64,000 nt of DNA from Candidatus Poribacteria bacterium (GTDB lineage Bacteria > Poribacteria > WGA-4E > GCA-2687025): the NCBI GenBank assembly GCA_963665845.2, contig OY762492.1:2304001-2368000 (forward strand), read 5' to 3'. The position numbers and the translations under genes are program-made. The notes under the pieces were generated by a model. That model worked only from the letters and a program-made list of their open reading frames with translations. It had not been told where the DNA came from and did not search any database. How positions within the stretch are numbered: the first letter of the stretch is position 1; each line of letters starts with the position of its first letter. Shown here piece after piece: positions 20,636 to 30,492 of this stretch.

Positions 20636-21634
20636 ATGATTGACGGAAGAAAATGGGCAAAGTTAGCCGCGTTTGCGCTCGCAACGTCGGCACTGATTGG
20701 ATACGCCGCTGTGGCAACAGCGCAGGACGACACGGCAGGGACGCGGCATGGAGCCTCATGGCTCTTCCCAGGGCAAGGCGCCCGGGCAACCGCTCTCCAA
20801 GCGTTCTCGCCCCTCGCCGGCGGCGTTCCAGCAATCACCACCAACCCCGCGGGGCTGGGCGGAAGCGCCAACACTGAACTGGCGATATACACACAAGACA
20901 GCCCGCTGGATATTCGACGAAACGCCTTCGGGATCGCGCTCGGATACATAGGCGGAGAAAACGGTTCGCTGGGAATTTCATGGCGAAATGTGAGCGTCGG
21001 AGACAGCGACGCCGCCCCCTTTGAACGCACCGACCTACAAGGACAAACGCACGGTTCACTCGGCTATGCCAGCAACGCCATCGACTTGGCGTATGGACAT
21101 ACCGTCAACGAGATGTTTGGGTTCGGACTGGGCGTCGGAATGGTGTTTGACAAGTTCGACGGCGTGGACGATGCATACCCTGACGACGCCAGCGCTTCCG
21201 GGTTCGGCGGCGTGACGCTCGGCGTTCAGGGGCTGATCGCCGATACGGTCCACTACGGGCTGTCGGCGCGGAACCTCGGCGGGACGCTCGGAGAAGGCGA
21301 AATCGCGCCGACCGTTTCGGCGGGCGTCGCGGTGACCTATCCGTCCTACGACGGCGTCCTGATGGCTGCTGAAGTTGAGCAGCTGCTGGTGAACCTCATC
21401 AACGCGGACGGCGAAGTGACGCGGGTTGTCAAATTCGGCGTCGAATACTCCCTAAATCCGGTCAGCCTGAGACTCGGAACGAGCCAAAGCTCCGACCGCA
21501 GCGCGTGGTATACCGGCCTCGGCGTCAACTTCGGCTCGTTGGCGTTGGATTATGCCTACCAGTTGAGCAATGAAGCGGCGAGCAGCCTTGAGGAAGTTCC
21601 CCGGCACTTTGTTTCCATCGGCTACCAGTATTGA
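20636..21634 (+). CDS. PorV/PorQ (FadL-like, UPF0164) family outer-membrane beta-barrel
   Basis: Signal peptide; family motif 'GARATALQAFSPLAGGVPAITTNPAGL'; alternating beta-strands; 'LDYAY...HFVSIGYQY' beta-signal; AGGAG RBS at 20625. Confidence 0.8.
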   Translation: MIDGRKWAKLAAFALATSALIGYAAVATAQDDTAGTRHGASWLFPGQGARATALQAFSPLAGGVPAITTNPAGLGGSANTELAIYTQDSPLDIRRNAFGIALGYIGGENGSLGISWRNVSVGDSDAAPFERTDLQGQTHGSLGYASNAIDLAYGHTVNEMFGFGLGVGMVFDKFDGVDDAYPDDASASGFGGVTLGVQGLIADTVHYGLSARNLGGTLGEGEIAPTVSAGVAVTYPSYDGVLMAAEVEQLLVNLINADGEVTRVVKFGVEYSLNPVSLRLGTSQSSDRSAWYTGLGVNFGSLALDYAYQLSNEAASSLEEVPRHFVSIGYQY

Positions 21635-21669
21635 TGAGCCGCAGACCGACGAGAGAGAAGGAGTTTCAT

Positions 21670-22449
21670 ATGATGAAGCGTAAAGGTTTTCAAACGATCG
21701 CGGCTGTCGCGCTTGCGCTGGCGGTTGGCGCCCCTCTGTTTGCGGGGATGTACGAAACCCTGACCGTGAAAAAAGGCGACACGTTGTGGGATCTTTCCGT
21801 AGAGCATCTTGGCGACGCGCTGCGCTTTCCGGAATGGGTTGAAATCAACGATCTGCGTTCCGGCGATCCGCACTGGATCTATCCGGGCGAGGTGCTGAAT
21901 ATCCCTGGGACCGTCGCGGAGCCAGAGCCGGAGCCTGTACCGGCGGTGGAAGTGCCGCTTCCAAGAGTTGAGGAGATGCTGAACGACTTGAGCGCGCGGC
22001 TTTCCAAAGCTCATGAGGAACTGGCGGCTCTCCGCGAAGAGCTGGAGCATGTTGACAGCCATCTTCATGACAAAGATTTCGAAGACCTGATGAAGAAACT
22101 GGATTCCATCCATCCGATGGATCTGAGCTCCATTGAGAAGAGAATCAGCCAGCTCAGCAAGACGATCTCTTCAAAGGTGGATAAGCTGTCGAACAGGACC
22201 CAAGAGCAGCATAAATGGACAAAGGGCGAGCTGCAGTCCTTGACAAAGGAACTGGCGACTCTCATGAGCGCCGTTGAGAAGCATGAGACGACTCGTCAAA
22301 AGGCGGTGGAAGAGCTTGCCGCAAAAATGATGGAACTGCACGCGCCGGTGAATCCGATCGGCGAAGTCCATCAGAATAAGCGCACGATCGGGGTGCTGTC
22401 GTTCTTGGCAGCCAGCGTTGCGCTGATGGTGGTGACGGCAACTCGCTAA
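21670..22449 (+). CDS. LysM peptidoglycan-binding protein with signal peptide, Pro/Glu linker, long coiled coil and C-terminal TM helix
   Basis: AAGGAG before ATG 21670 (ORF track starts at 21631). LysM 'TVKKGDTLWDLS...IYPGEVLNIP'; 'EPEPEP' linker; heptad region; C-terminal 'IGVLSFLAASVALMVV'. Confidence 0.85.
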   Translation: MMKRKGFQTIAAVALALAVGAPLFAGMYETLTVKKGDTLWDLSVEHLGDALRFPEWVEINDLRSGDPHWIYPGEVLNIPGTVAEPEPEPVPAVEVPLPRVEEMLNDLSARLSKAHEELAALREELEHVDSHLHDKDFEDLMKKLDSIHPMDLSSIEKRISQLSKTISSKVDKLSNRTQEQHKWTKGELQSLTKELATLMSAVEKHETTRQKAVEELAAKMMELHAPVNPIGEVHQNKRTIGVLSFLAASVALMVVTATR

Positions 22450-22476
22450 CCATAAAATTGACATCGTTGAACTTGG

Positions 22477-22512
22477 AAACGGGTAGGCCGCATCTGGTCT
22501 GCCCGTTTTTTT
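22477..22512 (+). terminator. Rho-independent terminator closing the surface-protein operon
   Basis: aaacgggtaggcc pairs with ggtctgcccgttt, followed by a T7 tract. Confidence 0.8.
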
Positions 22513-22518
22513 ATACCT

Positions 22519-22980
22519 ATGCTGACAAACCGATTCGAGCTGCATGGCGACCGAACGCGGGGAGAAGACCCCCAAACAGAGATCGGGCTGGCAAACATCG
22601 GCGCGGCAAAATGCTGCTATGTACGGAATAGAACAGGCGTCTTCACAGCCCCCGCCTACGGAAAGGCGGCGCGGGTCATCTCTCTGGCGGAGAGGCTCAA
22701 CATCCCCGTTCTTTTTTTATACAACGCCCCCGCCCTCTGCGCCGCGCCAACCGACAGCGCCTTGACAAACGCGCATGCAGAACTGATGGAGGCGCTGGCG
22801 GGAGCCGCCGTCCCGTTGATTGCTGTGTTAGACGACAAACAGATGCGCCAATTCGCAGCGGCGATATTCGATCTGACGACGCGTCTAGACACAATGGCGG
22901 TTGAAACCGCGCTGGCGCATGCCGCTCAATGGACGCCTGACGAAATGCGCCGGCGCAGAGCGTATTCGCCCAAGTTCTAA
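22519..22980 (+). CDS. Short, degenerate AccA-like (carboxyltransferase alpha) protein, possibly a pseudogene
   Basis: 'FELHGDRTRGED' and 'AYGKAARVISLAERLNIPVL' resemble AccA 'ELHGDR..DD' and 'GYRKA.RLM.LAE.F..P'. Only 153 aa, about half an AccA. Confidence 0.55.
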   Translation: MLTNRFELHGDRTRGEDPQTEIGLANIGAAKCCYVRNRTGVFTAPAYGKAARVISLAERLNIPVLFLYNAPALCAAPTDSALTNAHAELMEALAGAAVPLIAVLDDKQMRQFAAAIFDLTTRLDTMAVETALAHAAQWTPDEMRRRRAYSPKF

Positions 22981-23033
22981 ATATCTTCAATCAGCGCAAA
23001 ATCAACGCGCGAGACGAATAAAAGGAAAACGCC

Positions 23034-24572
23034 ATGAGCCGCCGACCGCCCAACATCCTTTTCGCCTTCGCCGACGACTGGGGGCGTTACGCGAGCGCTT
23101 ACCGCGGCATCGAAGGCGACAACACGCCCAACGCGCTCATCGACACGCCCAACTTTGACCGCGTCGCCAACGAAGGCGCGCTCTTCACGAACGCCTTCGT
23201 CCCCGCCCCGTCCTGCACCCCATGCCGCAGCTCCATTTTGACAGGGCGGTATTTCTGGCAAACGGGGCGCGGAGCCATCCTGCAGGGCGCGCATTGGGAC
23301 GAGTCGATCCCGTCTTATCCGCTCGCGCTGGAAGAATCGGGATACCACATCGGATACACCTACAAGGTATGGTCGCCGGGGACGCCGCGCGACGCCCCCT
23401 ACGGCGGCGACCGAACGCGCTACGCTCCCGCAGGAACGCAGTTTGGCCAGTTCTCCTTCGCCGCGACCCGAAACGCCCCCGAACATGGCGTCGAAGGCGC
23501 GAAGCGGCTTTTATACAACGAAACGCGCGACAATTTCCAAGCGTTCCTAGACGCGCGGACCGGCGACCGTCCCTTCTGCTACTGGTGGGGTCCCACCAAC
23601 ACGCACCGAAAATGGCAGCGAGGCTCCGGCAAACAGCTCTGGGGATTGGAACCGGACGACCTGAAAGGCAAACTGCCCGCCTTCCTGCCGGACGTCCACG
23701 ACATACGCGAAGATGTGTGCGACTATCTCGGCGAATGCCTCGCGTTTGACAGCGGACTCGGCGTTCTGTTGAACATGCTGGAGGAGATCGGGGAGATCGA
23801 CAACACGCTCATCGTCGTCAGCGGAGACCATGGCATACCGGGCTTCCCAAGAGGCAAATGCAATCTTTACAACCTCGGATGCGAAGTGGCGCTCGCCGTT
23901 CGGTGGCCGGAAAGATGCCCAGAAGGGCGCGTCGTGGACGACTTCGTCAACCTGATGGACTTGGCGCCAACCTTCCTAGAAGCAGGCGGGCTGGAACCGC
24001 TTCAAGGCATGTCCGCCAAAAGCCTCCTGCCCGTTATCGAATCGGAGAAGCAGGGGCTGGTGGACGCGGCGCGCGATCATGTCGTCCTCGGACGCGAACG
24101 GCATGTCGCCAAAGCGAGACCTGGCAGCCTGCCTTATCCGCAGCGCGCCCTGCGCACCGACCGCTACCTTTATATACGCAACTTTGAGCCGGACCGATGG
24201 CCGATGGGCGACCCAAGAGGGCTGGACGACCCGACCGCTGAACCGCCCTCATACGACAAGCTCTGCAACGACACCTTCATCGCGTATCCCGACATGGACG
24301 CCTCGCCGACGAAAGCGTGGATGATACACAACCGCGCGGCGCCTGAAACGCAGCGGCTTTTTCAGATGGGGTTCGGCAAATTTCCCGCCGAAGAGCTGTA
24401 CGATCTCCAGAGCGACCCGCACTACATGAACAACCTTGCGGGCGATCCGTCCGCCGCGGATGTTCAGCGGCAGTTGTCCGCGCGGCTGACGGAGATACTG
24501 CGGGAGCAGGCGGATCCGCGCGTCGTTGAAACGGAATGCCGATTTGAAAATCCGCCCTACGCCGGCGGATAG
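23034..24572 (+). CDS. Sulfatase (formylglycine-dependent, S1)
   Basis: '[10 protein letters not shown]', '[12 protein letters not shown]' (CxPxR), 'SGDHG', 'ELYDL..DP'. Confidence 0.95.
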   Translation: MSRRPPNILFAFADDWGRYASAYRGIEGDNTPNALIDTPNFDRVANEGALFTNAFVPAPSCTPCRSSILTGRYFWQTGRGAILQGAHWDESIPSYPLALEESGYHIGYTYKVWSPGTPRDAPYGGDRTRYAPAGTQFGQFSFAATRNAPEHGVEGAKRLLYNETRDNFQAFLDARTGDRPFCYWWGPTNTHRKWQRGSGKQLWGLEPDDLKGKLPAFLPDVHDIREDVCDYLGECLAFDSGLGVLLNMLEEIGEIDNTLIVVSGDHGIPGFPRGKCNLYNLGCEVALAVRWPERCPEGRVVDDFVNLMDLAPTFLEAGGLEPLQGMSAKSLLPVIESEKQGLVDAARDHVVLGRERHVAKARPGSLPYPQRALRTDRYLYIRNFEPDRWPMGDPRGLDDPTAEPPSYDKLCNDTFIAYPDMDASPTKAWMIHNRAAPETQRLFQMGFGKFPAEELYDLQSDPHYMNNLAGDPSAADVQRQLSARLTEILREQADPRVVETECRFENPPYAGG

Positions 24573-24575
24573 CCG

Positions 24576-26885
24576 CTACTCCACAATGCGAATGGAGAGG
24601 GACGCTTCCTGCGACATCGGCTCGCGGCATAGCTCATCGTTGCATGCCTGATAGCGCGCGCGGATCGTCAGCTGCATGCCGCCCGCCGCGTCCGACGGCG
24701 CCTGAACCGAAAGCCGAAACGAGGTTTCGCCGTCATACACCTGAAGCGGCGCGTCCGAAAACGCGAATGACTTCGCCTCGCCGGACGGGTACTCCACGCT
24801 CAACAGCGTGAAGCGGGCGTCCGCCGATTCTATCGTGGTCGGGATCAGATAACTCTCCGACGCAGGATTGGCGTTCACATGCCACCCGACCTCCACTTGC
24901 AGACGCGCCTCCACCTCAAAAACGGAGCCGGCGGACGCTTCAGTCGGCGCGGAGACGATCGTCAACAGCGCCAAAGCGTCCCCGTTGTTCAATAAGACCG
25001 CAAACGGTTCCGGCTCCGGCAACGGATCATCCAGATAACGCGCCGCCGCCGCCAGCATCCACACAAAAGCGCGCGGATAAAGGCGCATCGCTTCGGAACT
25101 GGAGCGCAGCGTCTCATACGCCAATTCCTTATAGGACGGATCGTCCAGAGCGGACGAGAGCGACAGCAGCGCATGCGCCGCCTCCGAATTGCCGGACGGA
25201 ATCGCCCCGTCGTACAGGTTCTTCACGCGCAGCGGCAGGTCGCCCTTCGACTCGGTGAAATAAAAAGCGCCTTTCTCCTCATCCCAAAACCGCCGCTTCA
25301 TCTCATCCGCCGTCTCTTGAGCGCGGCGCAGATACTCTTCGTTTTCCGTCGCCTCATGAAGTTTCAACAGCCCGCTCGCATAGAAAGCGTAATCGTCCAA
25401 AAAAGCGTTTTGCTTCGCCTGTCCCGCGCGGTAGGAACGAAGCAGGCTGCCGCGCTCATCCCGCAGCCGCTCCTCAATAAACGCCGCCGCTTTCTCGGCG
25501 CTGCGCAGATACTCTTTTTTGTTTAAAACCGCATACGCTTCGGCATACGCCCCGATCATCATGCCGTTCCAGCTGGTCAGCGCCTTCGTGTCAATGAGCG
25601 GCTGCAGGCGCCGGTCGCGCGTCTGCAGAAGTCGGCGGAGAAGGTCGTCCCGCTCCATCGGGCGCTTCACATACAGCGTTTTGCCCTTGCCGTCCGGCAT
25701 CGGCTCCAGTCCGTATGAGCGCAAAAAAGCGGCGGCGTCTTTTCCGAGCGTCTCGCGTATTTCGTCCTCCGTCCAGAGATACGACTTGCCCTCCTCCGCC
25801 TCCGTTTCCGAGTCAACCGCCGAATAAAACTCGCCGTTCGGTCCCGTCATCGTCTTTTCAACAAAAGCGAGGATGCCTTCCGCCGCCTTCAAAAACTCCT
25901 CCCGCTCCGTCAATCGATAGGCGCGCAGATAAACGGACGCCAACTGCGCTTGGTTGTAAAGCATCTTTTCAAAATGCGGCACGCGCCACTGCGCGTCGGT
26001 CGAATAGCGGTGAAAGCCGCCCGCCAGATGATCATGGATGCCGCCGCGCGCCATCTCGCTCAACGTCTTGACAACAATCTCCAGCGTTTCCTGATCGTCC
26101 GAACGCTCATATTCTGCCAGCAGCGTCGCCAGCTCAATCTCGTTTGGGAACTTCGGCGCGCCGCCAAATCCGCCGAAACGCTTGTCGAAATCGGCTTTCA
26201 AGAGACCCGTCAGTTGAGCCGTATGCTCCCTTGAAAACGGTCCTGGCGTCAACACATCGCCGCCCGCCTGTATTTTGGCGATCCCGTCGGCGACCCGTTC
26301 CGCGCGGGCTATGAGCTGCTCGCGGTTGCTTTTCCACGCCTTATTCACCGCCTCCATGACGCGCGGAAACGAGGGCGCCAGCCCCAGCCCGTCTGTCGGC
26401 GGAAAATAGGTTCCGGCGTATAACGGCTTCAAATCGGGCGACAAAAAAACCGAGTTCGGCCATCCGCCCCGCCCGCTCAACAGCTGCGTCGCCGTCATAT
26501 AGTAATTGTCGATGTCGGGGCGCTCCTCGCGGTCCACCTTGATATTCACAAACGACGCATTCATCGCCTCCGCAATTTCAACATTAGAGAACACAAGCCG
26601 CTCCATCACATGGCACCAGTAGCAGGTCGAATAACCGACCGACAAAAAAATCGGGCGGTCCAGCTGGCGCGCCAGCTCAATCGCCTCAGGTCCCCAAGGA
26701 TGCCAATCGACAGGGTTATGCGCATGGGACAGCAGATAAGGGCTGGTTTCATTGATCAGCGCGTTCGTGTATTTCCAAGTTCCGTCCGCGTTTTTCAACT
26801 CCGCCGCGCCGTTCTCCGAAGCGACACTCGACCAGCAGAGCGCCCAGCAGACAATCGCCCCATACAGCAAACGACCGAATTTCAT
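24576..26885 (-). CDS. YyaL/SSP411 (DUF255) thioredoxin plus (alpha/alpha)6 protein with signal peptide and C-terminal DsbD-N-like domain
   Basis: '[16 protein letters not shown]', 'CYWCHVM', '[19 protein letters not shown]'; C-terminal 'GWHVNAN...YP...YQACNDELC'. Confidence 0.9.
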   Translation of the reverse strand: MKFGRLLYGAIVCWALCWSSVASENGAAELKNADGTWKYTNALINETSPYLLSHAHNPVDWHPWGPEAIELARQLDRPIFLSVGYSTCYWCHVMERLVFSNVEIAEAMNASFVNIKVDREERPDIDNYYMTATQLLSGRGGWPNSVFLSPDLKPLYAGTYFPPTDGLGLAPSFPRVMEAVNKAWKSNREQLIARAERVADGIAKIQAGGDVLTPGPFSREHTAQLTGLLKADFDKRFGGFGGAPKFPNEIELATLLAEYERSDDQETLEIVVKTLSEMARGGIHDHLAGGFHRYSTDAQWRVPHFEKMLYNQAQLASVYLRAYRLTEREEFLKAAEGILAFVEKTMTGPNGEFYSAVDSETEAEEGKSYLWTEDEIRETLGKDAAAFLRSYGLEPMPDGKGKTLYVKRPMERDDLLRRLLQTRDRRLQPLIDTKALTSWNGMMIGAYAEAYAVLNKKEYLRSAEKAAAFIEERLRDERGSLLRSYRAGQAKQNAFLDDYAFYASGLLKLHEATENEEYLRRAQETADEMKRRFWDEEKGAFYFTESKGDLPLRVKNLYDGAIPSGNSEAAHALLSLSSALDDPSYKELAYETLRSSSEAMRLYPRAFVWMLAAAARYLDDPLPEPEPFAVLLNNGDALALLTIVSAPTEASAGSVFEVEARLQVEVGWHVNANPASESYLIPTTIESADARFTLLSVEYPSGEAKSFAFSDAPLQVYDGETSFRLSVQAPSDAAGGMQLTIRARYQACNDELCREPMSQEASLSIRIVE

Positions 26886-28192
26886 GGATTCCCCCCTTGA
26901 TCCGACCCCTCTGACTCCATCGCCTCAACCGCCGAAATGAGCAGATCGATCGCCTCTTCCGTAAACTGAACATCGTTCTCCGACGCGGCAGACCCGTCCT
27001 TCAATCGAACCGCCAATTCGGTCAGCAGATCAGCCGACTCGGCATACTCGCCGCTCTCACTGACAAGGTCATGCAGCGCCTGCCGCTCAATCTCATCCCG
27101 TTTATGCAACTGAAGCGATTCCATTGACGAGGCGGAAACGGGCAAATTTGCGCGGTTCACGACCTCCACATGCAAGGCTCCGCTCGCTTCCTGCGCCGCT
27201 TCCCGAACCTGGTCTATCGGAATGTCTTTCGCGTCAAACTCTATATCCCCCTCCAGCGTCAATACAACCACCGGCGCCTTCCCCTCGGACGACAACTTCG
27301 CCGCCTCCTCTGACGCCTTTTTAGACGCGCGGGAGACAACGTCGGACTGGGACGGGGAGCCGTCCAAATCAACAGGAATGAGCAGATGCGGACGGCAAGG
27401 CGTTTCCTCAAACGTTATGAGCGGCTCGCCCTTCGGGTCGTCAGGCGTCTCGATCAGGAAAAAGCCGCGGTCATATTCCGCCTCGCGGATGTCGCACACC
27501 TCCGGCGACCCCGGCATCAGCGCCTTAAAGCTTTCAATCTGCCACTCGCGCTTGCGGTGCCAGTGTCCCAGCGCGGCGAGCTGCGCGCGCCCGTCCAGCC
27601 GCGCCAGCGCCTCCTTTGAAACGGAACCCATGATGAACCCGTCCGGCTGCCCGACGCCCGAATGAAACATGAGTATCGTGAAAAGATCGTCCGCGGACGG
27701 CAAAGCCGTGTCTACCTGCTCTAAAAAATCGTCACCCTGCGCGCCGCGGTAACCCAGCCCGACCAGCCGAACGCCCTCGATTTCTAGTATCGCGCCGCTT
27801 CGGGTCGCTTCATCCCACGGCGGCAGCTGAACTTCGCCTGAAGAGACGGACGGATGCAGTAGGTGAAGGTATCGCTCCTCTGAAAGATAGCGGAGCCATT
27901 CCAGCCGCGTGGAGAGGGTTCGGCGAAACGCCTTGTCGTGGTTGCCCTCTATCGCTACGACCTGAACGCCCGCCTCCTTTAACAACCGAAGCCCTGTCAG
28001 CGCCTGCGACAAGATCGCCGCGTCAATGTCCCGCTTGTCAAAAAAATCGCCTGATATGAGTAGAATGTCCGCGTTCAGTTCTACCGCCCGCTCCGCGATA
28101 CGACGAAATATAAGCCCAAAATCGTCAAACCGCTCCTTCAAGTTGAACGGACGCCGCCCAAGATGTACATCGGCGCAGTGCAGTATGCGCAT
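26882..28192 (-). CDS. sbcD: SbcD/Mre11-family DNA repair nuclease
   Basis: Metallophosphoesterase motifs 'ADVHLG', 'SGDFFD', 'GNHD', 'LGHWH', 'PGSPE'; GGAGG before ATG 28192. Confidence 0.85.
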   Translation of the reverse strand: MRILHCADVHLGRRPFNLKERFDDFGLIFRRIAERAVELNADILLISGDFFDKRDIDAAILSQALTGLRLLKEAGVQVVAIEGNHDKAFRRTLSTRLEWLRYLSEERYLHLLHPSVSSGEVQLPPWDEATRSGAILEIEGVRLVGLGYRGAQGDDFLEQVDTALPSADDLFTILMFHSGVGQPDGFIMGSVSKEALARLDGRAQLAALGHWHRKREWQIESFKALMPGSPEVCDIREAEYDRGFFLIETPDDPKGEPLITFEETPCRPHLLIPVDLDGSPSQSDVVSRASKKASEEAAKLSSEGKAPVVVLTLEGDIEFDAKDIPIDQVREAAQEASGALHVEVVNRANLPVSASSMESLQLHKRDEIERQALHDLVSESGEYAESADLLTELAVRLKDGSAASENDVQFTEEAIDLLISAVEAMESEGSDQGGNP

Positions 28193-28194
28193 CG

Positions 28195-28677
28195 TCAACC
28201 TCCCCGCCGTTCATATGCGTCGCCGCGCCCGCCAGTTTTGCGAACCAAGCGTATCTCGCCGATCGTCATCTCTTTGTCGACCGACTTGCACATATCATAC
28301 ACGGTCAACGCCGCGACCGAGACCGCCGTCAACGCCTCCATTTCGACGCCTGTCTGTCCGCGAACCTTGACCGTCGCTTCGATGTCAACGCAGCCTTGAG
28401 GCGCGTTCAGCTCTAAGCGCACCGAAACGGCGGTTAAAAAAAGCGGATGGCAGAGCGGTATCAGTTCGCTTGTCCGCTTCGCCGCCATCATGCCAGCCAG
28501 ACGCGCCGCGGCAAGCGGATCGCCTTTGGCAAGGGTTTGGGACGCGATGCGCTCCAGCGTTTGCGCGGACGCATAGACGCAGCCGCGCGCGGTCGCCTCG
28601 CGCGCGGTCGCCTCTTTTGAGGATACATCAACGATGCGCTCCTCGCCGCGCTCATTGAAATGCGTCAAGTCGGACAA
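28195..28677 (-). CDS. moaC: Cyclic pyranopterin monophosphate synthase
   Basis: 'LTHF...VDVSSK', '[13 protein letters not shown]', '[10 protein letters not shown]', 'YDMCK', 'KTGG'. Confidence 0.97.
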   Translation of the reverse strand: MSDLTHFNERGEERIVDVSSKEATAREATARGCVYASAQTLERIASQTLAKGDPLAAARLAGMMAAKRTSELIPLCHPLFLTAVSVRLELNAPQGCVDIEATVKVRGQTGVEMEALTAVSVAALTVYDMCKSVDKEMTIGEIRLVRKTGGRGDAYERRGG

Positions 28678-28684
28678 TTTCAGC

Positions 28685-30202
28685 CTAACTCACAAAAATT
28701 TCGCGGTTGTGCGGCATTTCAAAGACTCGAAAATCCTCCATATGGATGTCAGGGTTCGCGTCCACCTTGACGCGGATGTTCATGCTTTTCGTCAAATCGC
28801 GCAGCTTCTGCCGATCCTCCTTGCGAAGACGCGCGGCGATCATGTCGCTCACAACAAGGCGGTAGGAGCCTTTAGAGGCGCGCGCCGCCGCCCGCTTCAA
28901 ACTGCGCAGCGTCCGAATCACAACTGTTTCTTCAGACAGCACATAGCCCGACCCGCCGCAATACGGGCATCCCGAGCAGTACATCGCGCTCAAGCTTTCC
29001 TTCTGGCGCTGGCGCGTCATCTCAATGATCCCAAGCTCCGTGAACTGCAGAATGTTGGTGCGGGCGCGGTCTTTCCGTATCTCCTTCTCCAGCGTCTGTA
29101 ACACACGCTTTCGGTTGCTCGGATTTTCCATGTCGATGAAGTCAAGAACGATGATGCCGCCCAGATCGCGCAGGCGGATTTGACGGGCGATCTCCACCGC
29201 CGCTTCGAGATTGTTCTGGTAGATCGTCTCCTCATGGCTCTCGCTGCCGACGAACTTGCCGGTGTTGACATCGATGGCGACCAGCGCTTCCGTTTCGTCG
29301 ATGACAAGGTATCCGCCCGATTTGAGCCAGATGCGTCGGCTCGTCGCTTTTTTCACCTCCTGCTCAATTCCGAACTTTTCAAACGCCGGAATCTCATCCT
29401 CGTAGAAGACGATCTTTTCTTGGAGGGACGGCAGCGACTCTTCAACATATTTCAGGATGTTCTCATGAAGCGCGGCGCCCTCGACGATGAAGCGGTTGAT
29501 GTCGTCTGTGAAAATGTCGCGGATGACGCGGTAGACGAGACCGAGGTCCTCATAGACAAGCGCGGGGGCTTTTTTCCGCTCGCTCTTGGAGACGACCGCT
29601 TCCCATGTTTTGATGAGAAACTTGATTTCTGGAACGAACTGGCTGTCCTCGCTTCCAGCGCATGCGGTGCGGACGATGATGCCGCCCGTTTTCGGCATGT
29701 GCTTGGAGACCGCTTTTTGAAGCCGGCTGCGCTCCTTTTGACTGTCAATGCGCCGCGAGATGCCCAGCGTGGACGATGTCGGCGCAAACACCAGATGACG
29801 CCCCGGTATGGTGATGTAACCCGTGACGCGCGGTCCCTTCGTTCCGATCGGCTCCTTGTCGATCTGAACAAGGATCTCCTGCCCCTTTTTCAGGATCGAC
29901 TCGATGGGGGTGCGGTTTCGGGCGGCTCTTCCGTTTCCGTCGATGTTCCGCTCAATCTCGCCGTATTCGTTCACATGCGCCTGCAGATCGGACACATGCA
30001 AGAACCCGTTTTTGCTGGAGCCGATGTCGATGAACGCCGCCTGCATTCCTGGCAGGACGCTTCCGACTCGGCCTTTGTAGATGTTTCCTAACGAACGCTC
30101 CTCGGACTTCCTCTCGTTGAAAATTTCGACGCAACTCCCGTTCTCCAGAATTGCGGCTCGGACTTCGTACTCATCCTCCGAAACAATAATATCGGTAGCC
30201 AT
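28685..30202 (-). CDS. rng: Rne/Rng family ribonuclease (RNase G-sized)
   Basis: 'GNIYKGRV..VLPGMQAAF', 'IDVNTG', 'RQIRLRDLGGIIVLDFIDM', 'CPYCGG'; 505 aa with no scaffold tail. Confidence 0.93.
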   Translation of the reverse strand: MATDIIVSEDEYEVRAAILENGSCVEIFNERKSEERSLGNIYKGRVGSVLPGMQAAFIDIGSSKNGFLHVSDLQAHVNEYGEIERNIDGNGRAARNRTPIESILKKGQEILVQIDKEPIGTKGPRVTGYITIPGRHLVFAPTSSTLGISRRIDSQKERSRLQKAVSKHMPKTGGIIVRTACAGSEDSQFVPEIKFLIKTWEAVVSKSERKKAPALVYEDLGLVYRVIRDIFTDDINRFIVEGAALHENILKYVEESLPSLQEKIVFYEDEIPAFEKFGIEQEVKKATSRRIWLKSGGYLVIDETEALVAIDVNTGKFVGSESHEETIYQNNLEAAVEIARQIRLRDLGGIIVLDFIDMENPSNRKRVLQTLEKEIRKDRARTNILQFTELGIIEMTRQRQKESLSAMYCSGCPYCGGSGYVLSEETVVIRTLRSLKRAAARASKGSYRLVVSDMIAARLRKEDRQKLRDLTKSMNIRVKVDANPDIHMEDFRVFEMPHNREIFVS

Positions 30203-30492
30203 CTGACGCCTCCCTGCGACCTAACGGCCGAAACTGAAGCGCCGACCTCCTCTTGGCATGAAGATACCCGCGCGGCGCGCGGCGAACGCGATCAAGACCC
30301 GCCCCTTTCAAACAAGCGGTCAAAAGAATGCGCGCATCAATAGCGCCGCATGGACGATCTCACCTGATGAACGCTGCGTTGGGCGTTGCAGCGAACGTTT
30401 CCGCTCCCGACTGCCTAGATTCTGACCGGCGCCGCAGCGTCGGCCACCTTCAAAACATTCTCTCCGAGAGCGCCCGTCACGCTCCCCTAAAC

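Noticed and set aside
30203-30492. Possible small gene or ncRNA between porX and rng
   Set aside because: Only a very short ORF and overlapping shadow ORFs; no recognisable RNA motif.
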